Origin: an uncultured Gammaproteobacteria bacterium
GTDB taxonomy: Bacteria > Patescibacteriota > Patescibacteriia > Magasanikbacterales > UBA922
NCBI GenBank assembly: GCA_964531615.1
Contig: CAZHEJ010000001.1
Location: 1 to 47,572, forward strand
DNA: 47,572 nt
Direction: 5' to 3'
The notes beneath the pieces were generated by a model. The model saw nothing but the letters and a program-made list of their open reading frames with translations, was not told the origin of the DNA and searched no databases. Shown piece after piece: positions 30,465 through 39,463 of this stretch. The position numbers and the translations under genes were made by a program. Positions within the stretch are counted from its first letter, which is position 1; the number at the start of each line of letters is the position of its first letter.

Positions 30465-32105
30465 ATGAAAAAAAGAAAATTGTTTTATATTATCCTTGTC
30501 GTTGTTTTGATCGTCGGAGGAATTGTCTACAGCCGATTTAAAAGCAATCAGCAGTCAACTGTTTATGAAACAGCCAAAGTTCAGCGCGGAGAATTAAAGC
30601 AGACTGTTGATGCGACCGGCAATATTGAATCAGCGAATGATTTGGACCTTTGCTTTGAAACAGCAGGCAGAGTAGCGAGAATTTATAAGAAAGTAAATGA
30701 CGAAGTCAGAAGCGGAGAATTAATTATGGATTTGGATTTGAGCCAGCTGAACGCGGCAGTAGCGCAGGCTGAAGCGCAGGTGGCGCAGGCGCAGGCGGAT
30801 TTAGACAAGCAGTTGGCAGGTAATACTGTAGAATACATTTCCCAGCTTCAGTCAGCTGTTGATAAAGCCAAAGCTGATTTGTCGCAAGTGCAGGGTTCAG
30901 TTCCAGGAGTGGAGCAGAGCACACTGGTCCAGAATGCCTATGATGACATGATTGCGACTTTGATTTCAGTGCAGAATGTTCTGGCTACTTCACTGACTGC
31001 GGCAGACAATATCCTTGGCGTGGACAATGCTTTAGCAAATGATGATTTTGATGATGTGCTGTCAGCATTGAATCCAGGCAAATTAAACACAGCTAAAAAT
31101 AGATATTATGCCGCAAAATCAGCAAAACTTGACACTGATTCGGCGATTAACAAACTGAATAGTGGTTCTCCGCATGATGAAATAGATTGGGCTATTGAAT
31201 TATCAGAAGATGCATTATTGATAAGCAAAGAAATGCTGTTTGCAGTGGCAGATGCTTTGGACAGCACAGCGCCACTGGGGGATTTAAGCCAGTCAGAGCT
31301 TGATATTTTAAAAACAAATATTCAGACCGAGCGCAGTTCAGTCGCCACTAAATACACGTCTTTGGTTACAGATAGGCACGACATTGACAGCGCGCGCAGC
31401 AGTTATTTTTCTTATCAGGCTTTAGTGGATAAATCTGAAGCTGCTTTGCGCGATGCTCAAAATCCTCCGCGCGAAGTTGATGTGGCCAGCTACCGCGCTG
31501 CCTTGGCCAGCTCCCAAGCCAGCCTGGCCGGGGCATTGGCAAACCGCAATAAAGCCCGATTATTTTCACCGAGCAGCGGCATTATTGGAAAAATAATCCC
31601 CAAAATCGGAGAGCAGGTTTCTTCACAGGATGCGGCAGTGAATTTGGTCAGCCCGCATTTTGAAGTAAAAGTTGATATTCCGGAGACTGACATTGTAAAA
31701 ATAAAATTAGGCGATTCAGCCGAAATCAAGCTTGATGCTTATGGCGATGACGTGAAATTCGCCGGCAAAGTGGTTGAAATTGAAAAAGGCCAGACTGTTA
31801 TTCAAGATGTTGTTTATTACCGCGTTACAGTATCTATGGAAGACAATAAAGAACATCAGATTTTGAATGGCATGACTGCCAATGTGGTATTTGCCACAGA
31901 AAGCAGGGAAAATGCTTTGTACCTTCCACAAAGGGCAGTGCGCACTAATGGAACAGGTAAATATGTGCGCGTGCTTGAGAATGGCGCGATTAAAGAAGCA
32001 CAAATAAAAACAGGTCTGCGCGGAGACGGCGGTCTGGTGGAAATTTTAGATGGTTTGCAGGAAGGCCAGGAGATTATTGTGAACATTGGAGAAGTAAAAA
32101 AATAA
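30465..32105 (+). CDS. HlyD/MacA-type membrane-fusion (periplasmic adaptor) protein with a long coiled coil
   Basis: N-terminal TM helix, a barrel-sandwich motif, a long Ala/Gln-rich coiled coil and a C-terminal beta-barrel pattern. Confidence 0.8.
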   Translation: MKKRKLFYIILVVVLIVGGIVYSRFKSNQQSTVYETAKVQRGELKQTVDATGNIESANDLDLCFETAGRVARIYKKVNDEVRSGELIMDLDLSQLNAAVAQAEAQVAQAQADLDKQLAGNTVEYISQLQSAVDKAKADLSQVQGSVPGVEQSTLVQNAYDDMIATLISVQNVLATSLTAADNILGVDNALANDDFDDVLSALNPGKLNTAKNRYYAAKSAKLDTDSAINKLNSGSPHDEIDWAIELSEDALLISKEMLFAVADALDSTAPLGDLSQSELDILKTNIQTERSSVATKYTSLVTDRHDIDSARSSYFSYQALVDKSEAALRDAQNPPREVDVASYRAALASSQASLAGALANRNKARLFSPSSGIIGKIIPKIGEQVSSQDAAVNLVSPHFEVKVDIPETDIVKIKLGDSAEIKLDAYGDDVKFAGKVVEIEKGQTVIQDVVYYRVTVSMEDNKEHQILNGMTANVVFATESRENALYLPQRAVRTNGTGKYVRVLENGAIKEAQIKTGLRGDGGLVEILDGLQEGQEIIVNIGEVKK

Positions 32106-32117
32106 TTTAATAAATAT

Positions 32118-33578
32118 CTGACAAATTTATTTAAAACAATTTATAAAATCTCCAAAAAGCAGAAGACGGAAGTTTATGTTGTCGGCGGTTATGTAAGGGA
32201 CTGCCTGCTTGGCATTGAGCAGAACAAGGACATTGATTTTGTGGTAAGTGGCAGTGGTTTGGAGTTTGCCAAAGCATTTGATAAAGAATTAAAGCAATCA
32301 GGTTCATTGGTAGAATTTCCGGAGTTTGATACAGCGAGATATGTAATAACACCCCCCCTTTGTCCCCCCCTTATTAAGGGGGGGAAATGGGGGGGTATTG
32401 GCCAAATTGAATTAGAGTTCGCCGGTGCGAGGAGCGAGAAATATGATGAAAACTCCCGTAAGCCTAAAGTTGTTGCGACAGGCTTGGAAGAGGATTTGAA
32501 ACGTCGCGATTTTACTGTAAATGCGATGGCCCAGCAAATAATGACTGGTGGAAAGTCGGGGAAAATAATGGATTTGTTTGCGGGACAAAAGGATTTGAAA
32601 AATAAAATTTTGAGGACGCCAATGGATCCTGACACCACTTTTTCCGAAGACCCTTTGCGCATGATGCGCGCGGCAAGGTTTGCCTCTCAGCTCGGATTTG
32701 CCATTGAAGCCAATACCTATGCGGCAATGGAAAAGAATGCCAAGCGCTTGAAAATCATTTCAGCCGAGCGCATTAAAGAAGAATTATTCAAAATTTTTGC
32801 CACTCCCAAGCCGTCAGTCGGTCTACGTATTCTTTATGATACTGGTTTAATGCAGATATTTCTGCGTGAAGTCTGCGATTTGAAGGGCGCGGAAGAAGTT
32901 TTCGGCCAATTGCACAAGGATGTTTTGGAGCATACTTTTAAAGTGATTGATAATTTAAGCGAGCGCACTGATAAAGTCTTATTGCGCTTGTCAGCCTTGT
33001 TCCACGACATCGCCAAGCCGGAAACCAAGAAATTTGTCCGCGGGCGGGGCTGGACTTTTGACATGCATGAGCATCTGGGCAAAAAAATGGCCCAGCAGAT
33101 CGGCCGGCGCCTGCGCTTCAGCATTGATGAAATAAAATACATCGGGAAACTGATACGTTGGCATCAGCAGCCCATAGCTCTTATGGACGAGGGCATTACT
33201 GACAGCGCCATCCGGCGCTTGATCGTCAATCTCGGCGATGAGCTTGAAGATCTGCTCAAGCTTTGCCGTTCAGACATTACGACAGGCAATCCTTTAAAAT
33301 TAAAAAGGCGCCTGGCTAATTATGATTATCTGGAAAGGCGCATTCATGAGGTAATTGAAAAAGACAAACTGCGCGCATTCCAGTCTCCTGTCCGCGGAGA
33401 TGAAATTATGAAAGAATGCGGGCTCAAGCCAGGCCCGACAGTCGGGAAAATAAAAAAAGCCATTGAAGAGGCGATTTTGGACGGCAAAATTCCCAATGAG
33501 TACGAACCAGCGAGAAAATATTTTGAAGAGATAAAAAATAAGTATTTGAAAGAGGCGAGCGAGTGGGAGAGGGTTTGA
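32118..33578 (+). CDS. cca: tRNA nucleotidyltransferase (CCA-adding enzyme / polyA-polymerase family) with HD domain; start codon unresolved
   Basis: The catalytic motif VYVVGGYVRDCLLG...DIDF is encoded at 32172-32240, and the HD motif is LFHDIAKP. The frame is open from 32106, but the first ATG/GTG/TTG is the GTG at 32241. CTG 32118, ATT 32139 and ATC 32148 are the only upstream candidates. Confidence 0.8.
   Translation: MTNLFKTIYKISKKQKTEVYVVGGYVRDCLLGIEQNKDIDFVVSGSGLEFAKAFDKELKQSGSLVEFPEFDTARYVITPPLCPPLIKGGKWGGIGQIELEFAGARSEKYDENSRKPKVVATGLEEDLKRRDFTVNAMAQQIMTGGKSGKIMDLFAGQKDLKNKILRTPMDPDTTFSEDPLRMMRAARFASQLGFAIEANTYAAMEKNAKRLKIISAERIKEELFKIFATPKPSVGLRILYDTGLMQIFLREVCDLKGAEEVFGQLHKDVLEHTFKVIDNLSERTDKVLLRLSALFHDIAKPETKKFVRGRGWTFDMHEHLGKKMAQQIGRRLRFSIDEIKYIGKLIRWHQQPIALMDEGITDSAIRRLIVNLGDELEDLLKLCRSDITTGNPLKLKRRLANYDYLERRIHEVIEKDKLRAFQSPVRGDEIMKECGLKPGPTVGKIKKAIEEAILDGKIPNEYEPARKYFEEIKNKYLKEASEWERV
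32352..32395. repeat. Poly-C/poly-G palindrome block in-frame in cca (TPPLCPPLIKGGKWGG)
   Basis: cccccccttt gt ccccccc-ttattaa-ggggggg aaat ggggggg. Confidence 0.9.
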
Positions 33579-33592
33579 AATTTAGAATTATT

Positions 33593-34324
33593 ATGTACAA
33601 CACGCTTATCAAAGTAGAAGATTTAAAAAAGCAGTTTGAAAGCGAGGAAGTGATTACCAAAGTCCTGCACGGGCTTAGTTTTGAAATAAGCAAGGGCGAA
33701 TTTGTGGCAATAATGGGGCCGTCAGGCTCTGGCAAGTCAACTTTGATGCATATTCTGGGCTTTTTGGATAAATTGACAACCGGCAGATATTTTTTTGAAG
33801 GCAGGGACGTAAGTTCGCTTGATGATGACCAGCTGGCAGAGATGAGGAGTAAAAAAATCGGCTTTATTTTTCAGTCATTCAATCTGCTTAACCGCTCAAC
33901 CGCGCTGGAAAATGTCATGCTGCCCCTTTTTTATACCAATGTATCCAAAGCAGAAAGAATCAGCAGAGCCGCAGAGCTTTTGAAGCAAGTCGGTTTGGAG
34001 CACAGACTTGATTATACCCCAAACAAATTATCAGGCGGGGAAAAACAGCGCGTGGCCATTGCCAGGGCCTTGGTCAATCAGCCGGAGGTGATTTTTGCCG
34101 ACGAGCCGACAGGCAATCTGGATTCCAAGTCAGGCCTACAGGTAATGAAAATTTTGCAGGATTTAAACCTCAAACAAAAGCACACCATAATTCTTGTCAC
34201 ACATGAAAAATACACTGCAGACCATGCAGAGAGGGTAATTCGCTTGAGAGACGGTTTGATTATTAGCGATGAAAAAGTCGCCACTCGGCAGATTGCGGAC
34301 GAGAATGGGGATTTGAAAAAGTAA
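33593..34324 (+). CDS. ABC transporter ATP-binding protein (MacB/LolD-type)
   Basis: Walker A GPSGSGKST, signature LSGGEKQR and Walker B IFADEPTGNLD. Confidence 0.93.
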   Translation: MYNTLIKVEDLKKQFESEEVITKVLHGLSFEISKGEFVAIMGPSGSGKSTLMHILGFLDKLTTGRYFFEGRDVSSLDDDQLAEMRSKKIGFIFQSFNLLNRSTALENVMLPLFYTNVSKAERISRAAELLKQVGLEHRLDYTPNKLSGGEKQRVAIARALVNQPEVIFADEPTGNLDSKSGLQVMKILQDLNLKQKHTIILVTHEKYTADHAERVIRLRDGLIISDEKVATRQIADENGDLKK

Positions 34325-34326
34325 TT

Positions 34327-35565
34327 ATGAATGTTTTAGAAACCATTCATTCTGTTTGGCATATTCTGGGCCGGAGCAAACTGCGGTCTTTTTTAACAAT
34401 GCTGGGAATCATTATCGGGGTCATGGCTGTAATTATCGTAATGTCAGTCGGGGCCGGAGCGCAGAGCCTGATTTTAAACCAGGTGAAAAGCTTGGGTTCA
34501 AATTTGGTCGGCGTTCTGCCCGGCGCGTCTGAAGAAAACGGCCCTCCAGCTTCAGTTTTAGGCATTGTAGTAACGACTTTAAAAAATGAAGACGGCGAAG
34601 AAATCATCAAACGCGGCTGCAGCTGTTTTGAGGCTTTGACAATGTATGTGAGCGGAAGCGATGTTATTAATGTAAATGACGCGACAGTTGATACAACTTT
34701 TACCGGAGTAACGGCTGGCTATCTTGATGTTGAAGACGCCACAGTCGCAGAAGGAATATTTTTTACTGAAGATGAAGAAAAAAGCATAGCTCGCGTTACG
34801 GTCATTGGATATGAGGTAAAAGAAAAATTATTCGGCGATGATGACGCATTGGGCAAAAAAATTAAAATCAGAAAGAGTAATTTTACCATCATCGGCGTGA
34901 TGGAAAAGCGCGGTGTGAGCGGTTTCCAAAATCAAGACGACCAGGTGTTCGTGCCCCTGCTCACAGCGCAGAAATTATTATTGGGCATTGACCATGTGAG
35001 CTTAATCCGCGCCAAAGTTGATTCAGCGGAAAATATGGATAGGGCGGTAGAAAGTATAAAAACTATTTTGCGCGAAAGGCATAATATCAATCCCGGCGAA
35101 ATTGATGATTTTACAGTCAGGTCAATGGCCCAGGGCTTGGCAGTCATCACCAGCATCACAGATGCGCTCAAGTTTTTTCTAGTAGCCATTTCCGCGATTG
35201 CTCTGGTGGTCGGCGGCTTCGGCATTATGAACATAATGCTGGCGACTGTGCAGGAAAGAACCCGTGAAATCGGCTTGCGCAAAGCCGTGGGCGCAAAATC
35301 AATTCAAATCACCATGCAGTTTTTGATAGAATCCGCAGTAATTACTTTTTTAGGCGGTGTCATTGGCATTTTATCAGGCATTTTAATTTCTTTTGCAGTA
35401 GCAAAAGTCGCCCAGGCATTAGGCTATAACTGGGATTTGGTTATTTCTTTTTCTTCAATCTTATTAGGCTGTTTTGTTTCAATCGGCATAGGCTTGATTT
35501 TTGGAATAATGCCTGCCCGTCGCGCCAGCCGGCTTGACCCTATTGAAGCCCTGCATTATGAATAA
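34327..35565 (+). CDS. ABC transporter permease, MacB-type (extracytoplasmic domain plus FtsX)
   Basis: N-terminal TM helix, a large extracytoplasmic domain, a C-terminal 3-TM FtsX module and the PARRASRLDPIEAL tail. Confidence 0.88.
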   Translation: MNVLETIHSVWHILGRSKLRSFLTMLGIIIGVMAVIIVMSVGAGAQSLILNQVKSLGSNLVGVLPGASEENGPPASVLGIVVTTLKNEDGEEIIKRGCSCFEALTMYVSGSDVINVNDATVDTTFTGVTAGYLDVEDATVAEGIFFTEDEEKSIARVTVIGYEVKEKLFGDDDALGKKIKIRKSNFTIIGVMEKRGVSGFQNQDDQVFVPLLTAQKLLLGIDHVSLIRAKVDSAENMDRAVESIKTILRERHNINPGEIDDFTVRSMAQGLAVITSITDALKFFLVAISAIALVVGGFGIMNIMLATVQERTREIGLRKAVGAKSIQITMQFLIESAVITFLGGVIGILSGILISFAVAKVAQALGYNWDLVISFSSILLGCFVSIGIGLIFGIMPARRASRLDPIEALHYE

Positions 35566-36812
35566 TGATTATGTTATTTAGAGATAGAATGAAAATGGCT
35601 TATTCAGCTCTTGAGCGCCAGAAATTGCGCAGTATTTTAACTGTGGTCGCTTTAGGCATAGGGATTGCTTCTGTGGTGATTATTATGTCAGCCGGCAGTG
35701 GATTAGAAAGCATGGTTTTGAGCGAAATGGAAATATACAGCCCGAACACGTTAAATATTGAGGTAAGAGTGCCGGGCAAGGGAGAGGCTGGCAGCGCCAC
35801 TAGCATGGCAACCGGAGTTACGATTACCACCTTAAAAAATACTGACATGGAAGAAATTGCAAAACATGCCAATATTGACGCTGTTTATAATTATGTCACC
35901 AGCCAGGAAGTGATTAAATATGAAGATAAAAATAAAACAGTGATAATTTTCGGCTATGGAGCGCAGGCGCCGAAAGTGGAAAAAATAGAATTGGCAGAAG
36001 GCAGATTTTACGAGCAGGCAGAAGAAGAATCCTTGTCGCAAGCGCTGGTTTTGGGCTGGGATGTAAAAAATGATTTGTTCGGCGAAGATTCTGCCGCCGG
36101 CAAAAGCGTCTATCTGCACGGCAAATCTTTTAAAGTGGTTGGAGTGATGGCTGAAAGAGGCGCAAGTTTTGGCTTTGATTTTGACAACATTGTTTATGTG
36201 CCGACAAAGACATTGCAGAAAAAAATGCTGGGCATTGATTATGCCATTGGCATCAATGCCCGGGTGATTGATATGTCAAAAATAGAGCAAACGAAGGAAG
36301 ATATTGAATATTTATTAAGGCAAAAGCATGATATTTCCGATGCTGATAAAGATGATTTCAAAGTTACTACCATGGATGAGATTAGAAAGACATTAGAAAT
36401 TATTATCAACGGAATAACCCTGCTGTTGGTGGCTTTAGTTTGCATATCCTTGGTTGTCGGCGGAGTGGGCATAACTAATATTATGTATGTGTCAGTGATA
36501 GAGCGGACTTTTGAAATCGGTTTGCGCAAAGCCATAGGCGCCAAGAACAAGGATATTCTCTGGCAATTTCTGTCAGAAGCAGTGTTTTTAACCTTTGCCG
36601 GAGGAGTGGCAGGCGTGATTTTAGGCTTTATTATTTCTTATCTGGTTTATTACGGCGCTGTAAGCTATGGCTTGAACTGGACTTTTTCAGTTTCTTTGAA
36701 TTCAGTGATACTGGCTTTGGCATTTTCCACTTTTGTGGGCTTGTTTTTCGGCATTTATCCTGCCAGAAAGGCCGCGCGGCTTGACCCGATTGAAGCCTTG
36801 AGAAAAGAATAG
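35565..36812 (+). CDS. ABC transporter permease, MacB-type (second paralogue)
   Basis: Same architecture as the upstream permease, with the PARKAARLDPIEAL tail. TAATG overlaps the upstream gene. Confidence 0.88.
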   Translation: MIMLFRDRMKMAYSALERQKLRSILTVVALGIGIASVVIIMSAGSGLESMVLSEMEIYSPNTLNIEVRVPGKGEAGSATSMATGVTITTLKNTDMEEIAKHANIDAVYNYVTSQEVIKYEDKNKTVIIFGYGAQAPKVEKIELAEGRFYEQAEEESLSQALVLGWDVKNDLFGEDSAAGKSVYLHGKSFKVVGVMAERGASFGFDFDNIVYVPTKTLQKKMLGIDYAIGINARVIDMSKIEQTKEDIEYLLRQKHDISDADKDDFKVTTMDEIRKTLEIIINGITLLLVALVCISLVVGGVGITNIMYVSVIERTFEIGLRKAIGAKNKDILWQFLSEAVFLTFAGGVAGVILGFIISYLVYYGAVSYGLNWTFSVSLNSVILALAFSTFVGLFFGIYPARKAARLDPIEALRKE

Positions 36813-36836
36813 CAATTTGCGTTTTTGATAGGGTTT

Positions 36837-36845
36837 TGCTATAAT
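36837..36845 (+). promoter_or_regulatory. Extended -10 (TGCTATAAT) upstream of yidC
   Basis: tgc tataat lies 10 nt before the ATG at 36856. No good -35 is present. Confidence 0.4.
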
Positions 36846-36855
36846 ACTTGTTAAT

Positions 36856-37563
36856 ATGCTATCAATTTGGCATGATTTCCTTTACCAGCCGGTTTTCAAC
36901 GTTTTGATCTGGATTTACAACAATTGGACAGACCATAATTTGGGCTGGGCAGTGGTTTATCTCACTATTGCCCTGCGTTTTATTTTACTGCCTTTTACTT
37001 TGGCGTCTGAAAAGAGCAAATCCAAAGACAGCAATCTGCAGCATGAAATAGACCGCTTAAACAAAGAATTAGCTGGCGATCCCCAGCTGAAAAAAGAAGA
37101 AATAAGAAAAATTCTTAAAAAGCGCAAGATCCGCCCAATGAGCAAGGTAATAGTCCTCGGCGTCCAGGTGCTTGTCTTGATACTTTTGTACCAGGTCTTC
37201 TTGCGCGGAATAACCGGGGAAAAAATCGCCAAGATACTTTATCCTTTTATTGATTTTCCCGGGCCTATCAATACTGTTTTTTACGGCTTTGATTTAGGCG
37301 CCCGTTATGATATAATTTGGCCTGGGGCAGTAGCTCTGTTCCTGCTTATTGAAATATATTTAAGCTATCGCAGACACAAGCTGCTTTTGAACAAGTCAGA
37401 TTTGGCTTATTTCATTTTATTTCCCGCTTTCAGCTTTTTTGCGCTCTGGATTTTGCCAATGGTAAAATCCCTGTTCATCTTGACATCACTGACGTTTTCT
37501 GTTATAATCGGCCAGTTTAGCAGTAAGATTATTTTCAGGCCTAAAAAAACTGCTAAATCATAA
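36856..37563 (+). CDS. yidC: Membrane protein insertase YidC (short form)
   Basis: 235 aa with the YidC/Oxa1 core pattern, including a conserved Arg in TM1 (LTIALRFILLPF) and a coiled-coil hairpin. Confidence 0.75.
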   Translation: MLSIWHDFLYQPVFNVLIWIYNNWTDHNLGWAVVYLTIALRFILLPFTLASEKSKSKDSNLQHEIDRLNKELAGDPQLKKEEIRKILKKRKIRPMSKVIVLGVQVLVLILLYQVFLRGITGEKIAKILYPFIDFPGPINTVFYGFDLGARYDIIWPGAVALFLLIEIYLSYRRHKLLLNKSDLAYFILFPAFSFFALWILPMVKSLFILTSLTFSVIIGQFSSKIIFRPKKTAKS

Positions 37564-37583
37564 TAATTTTAACATTTAATAAT

Positions 37584-38174
37584 ATGGGCGAGTCGCTGGA
37601 CAAATTAATGTATTCATTCGTAATGGAGGATGTCTTAAAAGGCGTGTTTATCTATGTTCCGCCTGGGTATGTGGCCTGCGTTTATGATTTAGGCAGGGGA
37701 GTGCTGAAAAAGGTTTTGACGCCCGGCCTGCATTTGAAAATCCCTTTCTGGCAGAAGGCCAAGCTGTTCAATACCCAGACTTTGGAATACCGCATTTCGC
37801 GCGAGTTTAATCCTGAAAATGAAAAGGCAATGGGCGATATTCCTATTGCCGCCATTACGCAGGATGGAAAAAAGATAGCTGTTGAAGGCGCTATTTTATT
37901 GCGCTTGGACATTCATCAGATACCAGCCATCTGGCAGTCAATCGGCGATGATTTTGTGGCCAAAATTGTCCGACCGACAGTGCGGAGCAGAATTAGGATG
38001 GTGATGAGCAGGTATGACAAGCAGGATGTCATCGGCCAAAAGCGCGATAATGTTGAAACAGAACTGAAAAGCGAATTGGAGCGCATATTCTATTCCCGCG
38101 GAATTTATGTTGAAAATGTGCTTTTGAGCGAGATAGCTGATGTGCAGGAGTTTGCAAGGACAGCGGACAAGTAA
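37584..38174 (+). CDS. SPFH/band-7 (prohibitin-like) domain protein
   Basis: GLHLKIPFWQKA...T.D...V.V.G.I.L.R pattern typical of SPFH. Confidence 0.72.
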   Translation: MGESLDKLMYSFVMEDVLKGVFIYVPPGYVACVYDLGRGVLKKVLTPGLHLKIPFWQKAKLFNTQTLEYRISREFNPENEKAMGDIPIAAITQDGKKIAVEGAILLRLDIHQIPAIWQSIGDDFVAKIVRPTVRSRIRMVMSRYDKQDVIGQKRDNVETELKSELERIFYSRGIYVENVLLSEIADVQEFARTADK

Positions 38175-38184
38175 AACCACTAAT

Positions 38185-38213
38185 TTGACATCTTTTTTAG
38201 GGGGTGGTATATT
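38185..38213 (+). promoter_or_regulatory. Sigma70-like promoter (TTGACA-17-TATATT) of the heat-shock operon
   Basis: Direct reading. The -10 overlaps the left arm of the CIRCE-like operator. Confidence 0.7.
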
Positions 38214-38238
38214 ATCACTCAATGAGTTAGAGTGATAA
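38212..38238 (+). promoter_or_regulatory. CIRCE-like HrcA operator (TTATCACTC-N9-GAGTGATAA)
   Basis: Perfect 9-bp inverted repeat with a 9-nt spacer. It differs from the consensus TTAGCACTC-N9-GAGTGCTAA by one symmetric change and sits between the promoter and the hrcA ATG. Confidence 0.85.
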
Positions 38239-38240
38239 TT

Positions 38241-38918
38241 ATGAATACCCGCCAGCAAAATCTTCTAAAACTTATTATAGAAAATTACATTGAAACAGCT
38301 GAACCGATCGGCTCCAAGTTTTTGGCTGAAAATACTGATTTGGACGTGAGCGGAGCAACAATCAGAAATGAGATGCGCGCTTTGGAAGAAGAGGGATTTT
38401 TAACCCATCCGCACACTTCTGCCGGCAGGATTCCGACTGAAAAGGGCTATAAAAAGTATTTGACAGAGTTGGATTTAACAAAAACTAGAAGTTCTAAAAA
38501 AGAAAATGATGTGCTGGGAATGTCTTTGAAAGACAGCGAGCGGGAGATTGGCTGTAAAAATTTGGCAAAAACACTCGCGGAATTATCCGGTGAAACAATA
38601 ATTTTAGCATTTTCTCCAGAAAAGGTGTATTATACCGGCTTATCAAATTTATTTTCCAAGCCGGAATTCCGCGAACTTCAGATGGTGGCAGATATGTCCG
38701 CGATTTTTGACCATTGCGAGGATTGCTTAAAAACATTTTTTAATGAGGTTGAAGAAAGCCCGAAATATTTTATCGGCAATGAACATAGTTTTGGCAATGC
38801 ACTTTCAGTGTTGGCGTTTAGATTCGGTTATGAAGGCCTTTTGGCTATGCTTGGTCCAATGCGCATGGACTATGCGCGTAATTTCAAGCTTGTACATAAA
38901 GTTAAAGAATTGCTATGA
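38241..38918 (+). CDS. hrcA: Heat-inducible transcription repressor HrcA (compact, ~226 aa)
   Basis: The N-terminal wHTH reads RQQNLLKLIIENYIETAEPIGSKFL...SGATIRNEMRALEEEGFLTHPHTSAGRIPT, and the C-terminal motif is GPMRMDY. A CIRCE-like operator lies immediately upstream. Confidence 0.85.
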   Translation: MNTRQQNLLKLIIENYIETAEPIGSKFLAENTDLDVSGATIRNEMRALEEEGFLTHPHTSAGRIPTEKGYKKYLTELDLTKTRSSKKENDVLGMSLKDSEREIGCKNLAKTLAELSGETIILAFSPEKVYYTGLSNLFSKPEFRELQMVADMSAIFDHCEDCLKTFFNEVEESPKYFIGNEHSFGNALSVLAFRFGYEGLLAMLGPMRMDYARNFKLVHKVKELL

Positions 38919-39445
38919 CAGAAGAACAAGAGAAACAGGGGTTTTTCCACCACAAGTGCAAAAACTGCGAGAAGTTAAAAAAAGAATCGGAAGAATACAA
39001 GTCAGGCTGGCAGAGGGCTGTAGCTGATTATAAAAATTTGCAAAAAGAAATATCCGACCGCCGTGCCGAATGGGCGCAGTTCAGTGAACAGCAGATTATT
39101 GAAGAGTTTTTGCCAGTGTATGATAATTTTAAAAAAGCTTTTAAAGACACAGATGACGCAGATGCCTATGCAGATGACGCTGATAATGCGAATATGAAAA
39201 AAATGCAAAATTGGAAAAAGGGGATTGAATTTATTATGAAACAGTTTGAGGGGGTGTTGAAAGAGCATGGGATTGAGGAAATAAAAACAGTCGGTGAGGT
39301 TTTTAATCCGGAATTGCATGAAGCAGTCGGGGAGGAAGAGTCAGAACAGCCAGAACATACGATTTTAAAAGAAATTGATACAGGGTATAGAATGAATGGG
39401 AGAGTAATCAAAGCGGCAAAAGTTATAGTGTGTAAAAGCAAATAA
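38915..39445 (+). CDS. grpE: Nucleotide exchange factor GrpE
   Basis: Coiled-coil N-terminus, then FLPVYDNF and a C-terminal beta domain FNPELHEAV...GYRMNGRVIKAAKV. ATGA overlaps hrcA. Confidence 0.88.
   Translation: MTEEQEKQGFFHHKCKNCEKLKKESEEYKSGWQRAVADYKNLQKEISDRRAEWAQFSEQQIIEEFLPVYDNFKKAFKDTDDADAYADDADNANMKKMQNWKKGIEFIMKQFEGVLKEHGIEEIKTVGEVFNPELHEAVGEEESEQPEHTILKEIDTGYRMNGRVIKAAKVIVCKSK
39150..39191 (+). repeat. 21-nt tandem duplication in grpE (DDADAYADDADNA)
   Basis: cagatgacgcagatgcctatg cagatgacgctgataatgcga. Confidence 0.8.
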
Positions 39446-39463
39446 TTTTTAACTTATAAAAAT

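Noticed and set aside
32103-32105. Stop-codon readthrough producing a MacA-CCA fusion protein.
   Set aside because: The frame is continuous, but fusing a periplasmic adaptor to a cytoplasmic tRNA enzyme is topologically implausible. Non-canonical initiation or a sequence error is more likely. It is kept as a finding about the missing start instead.
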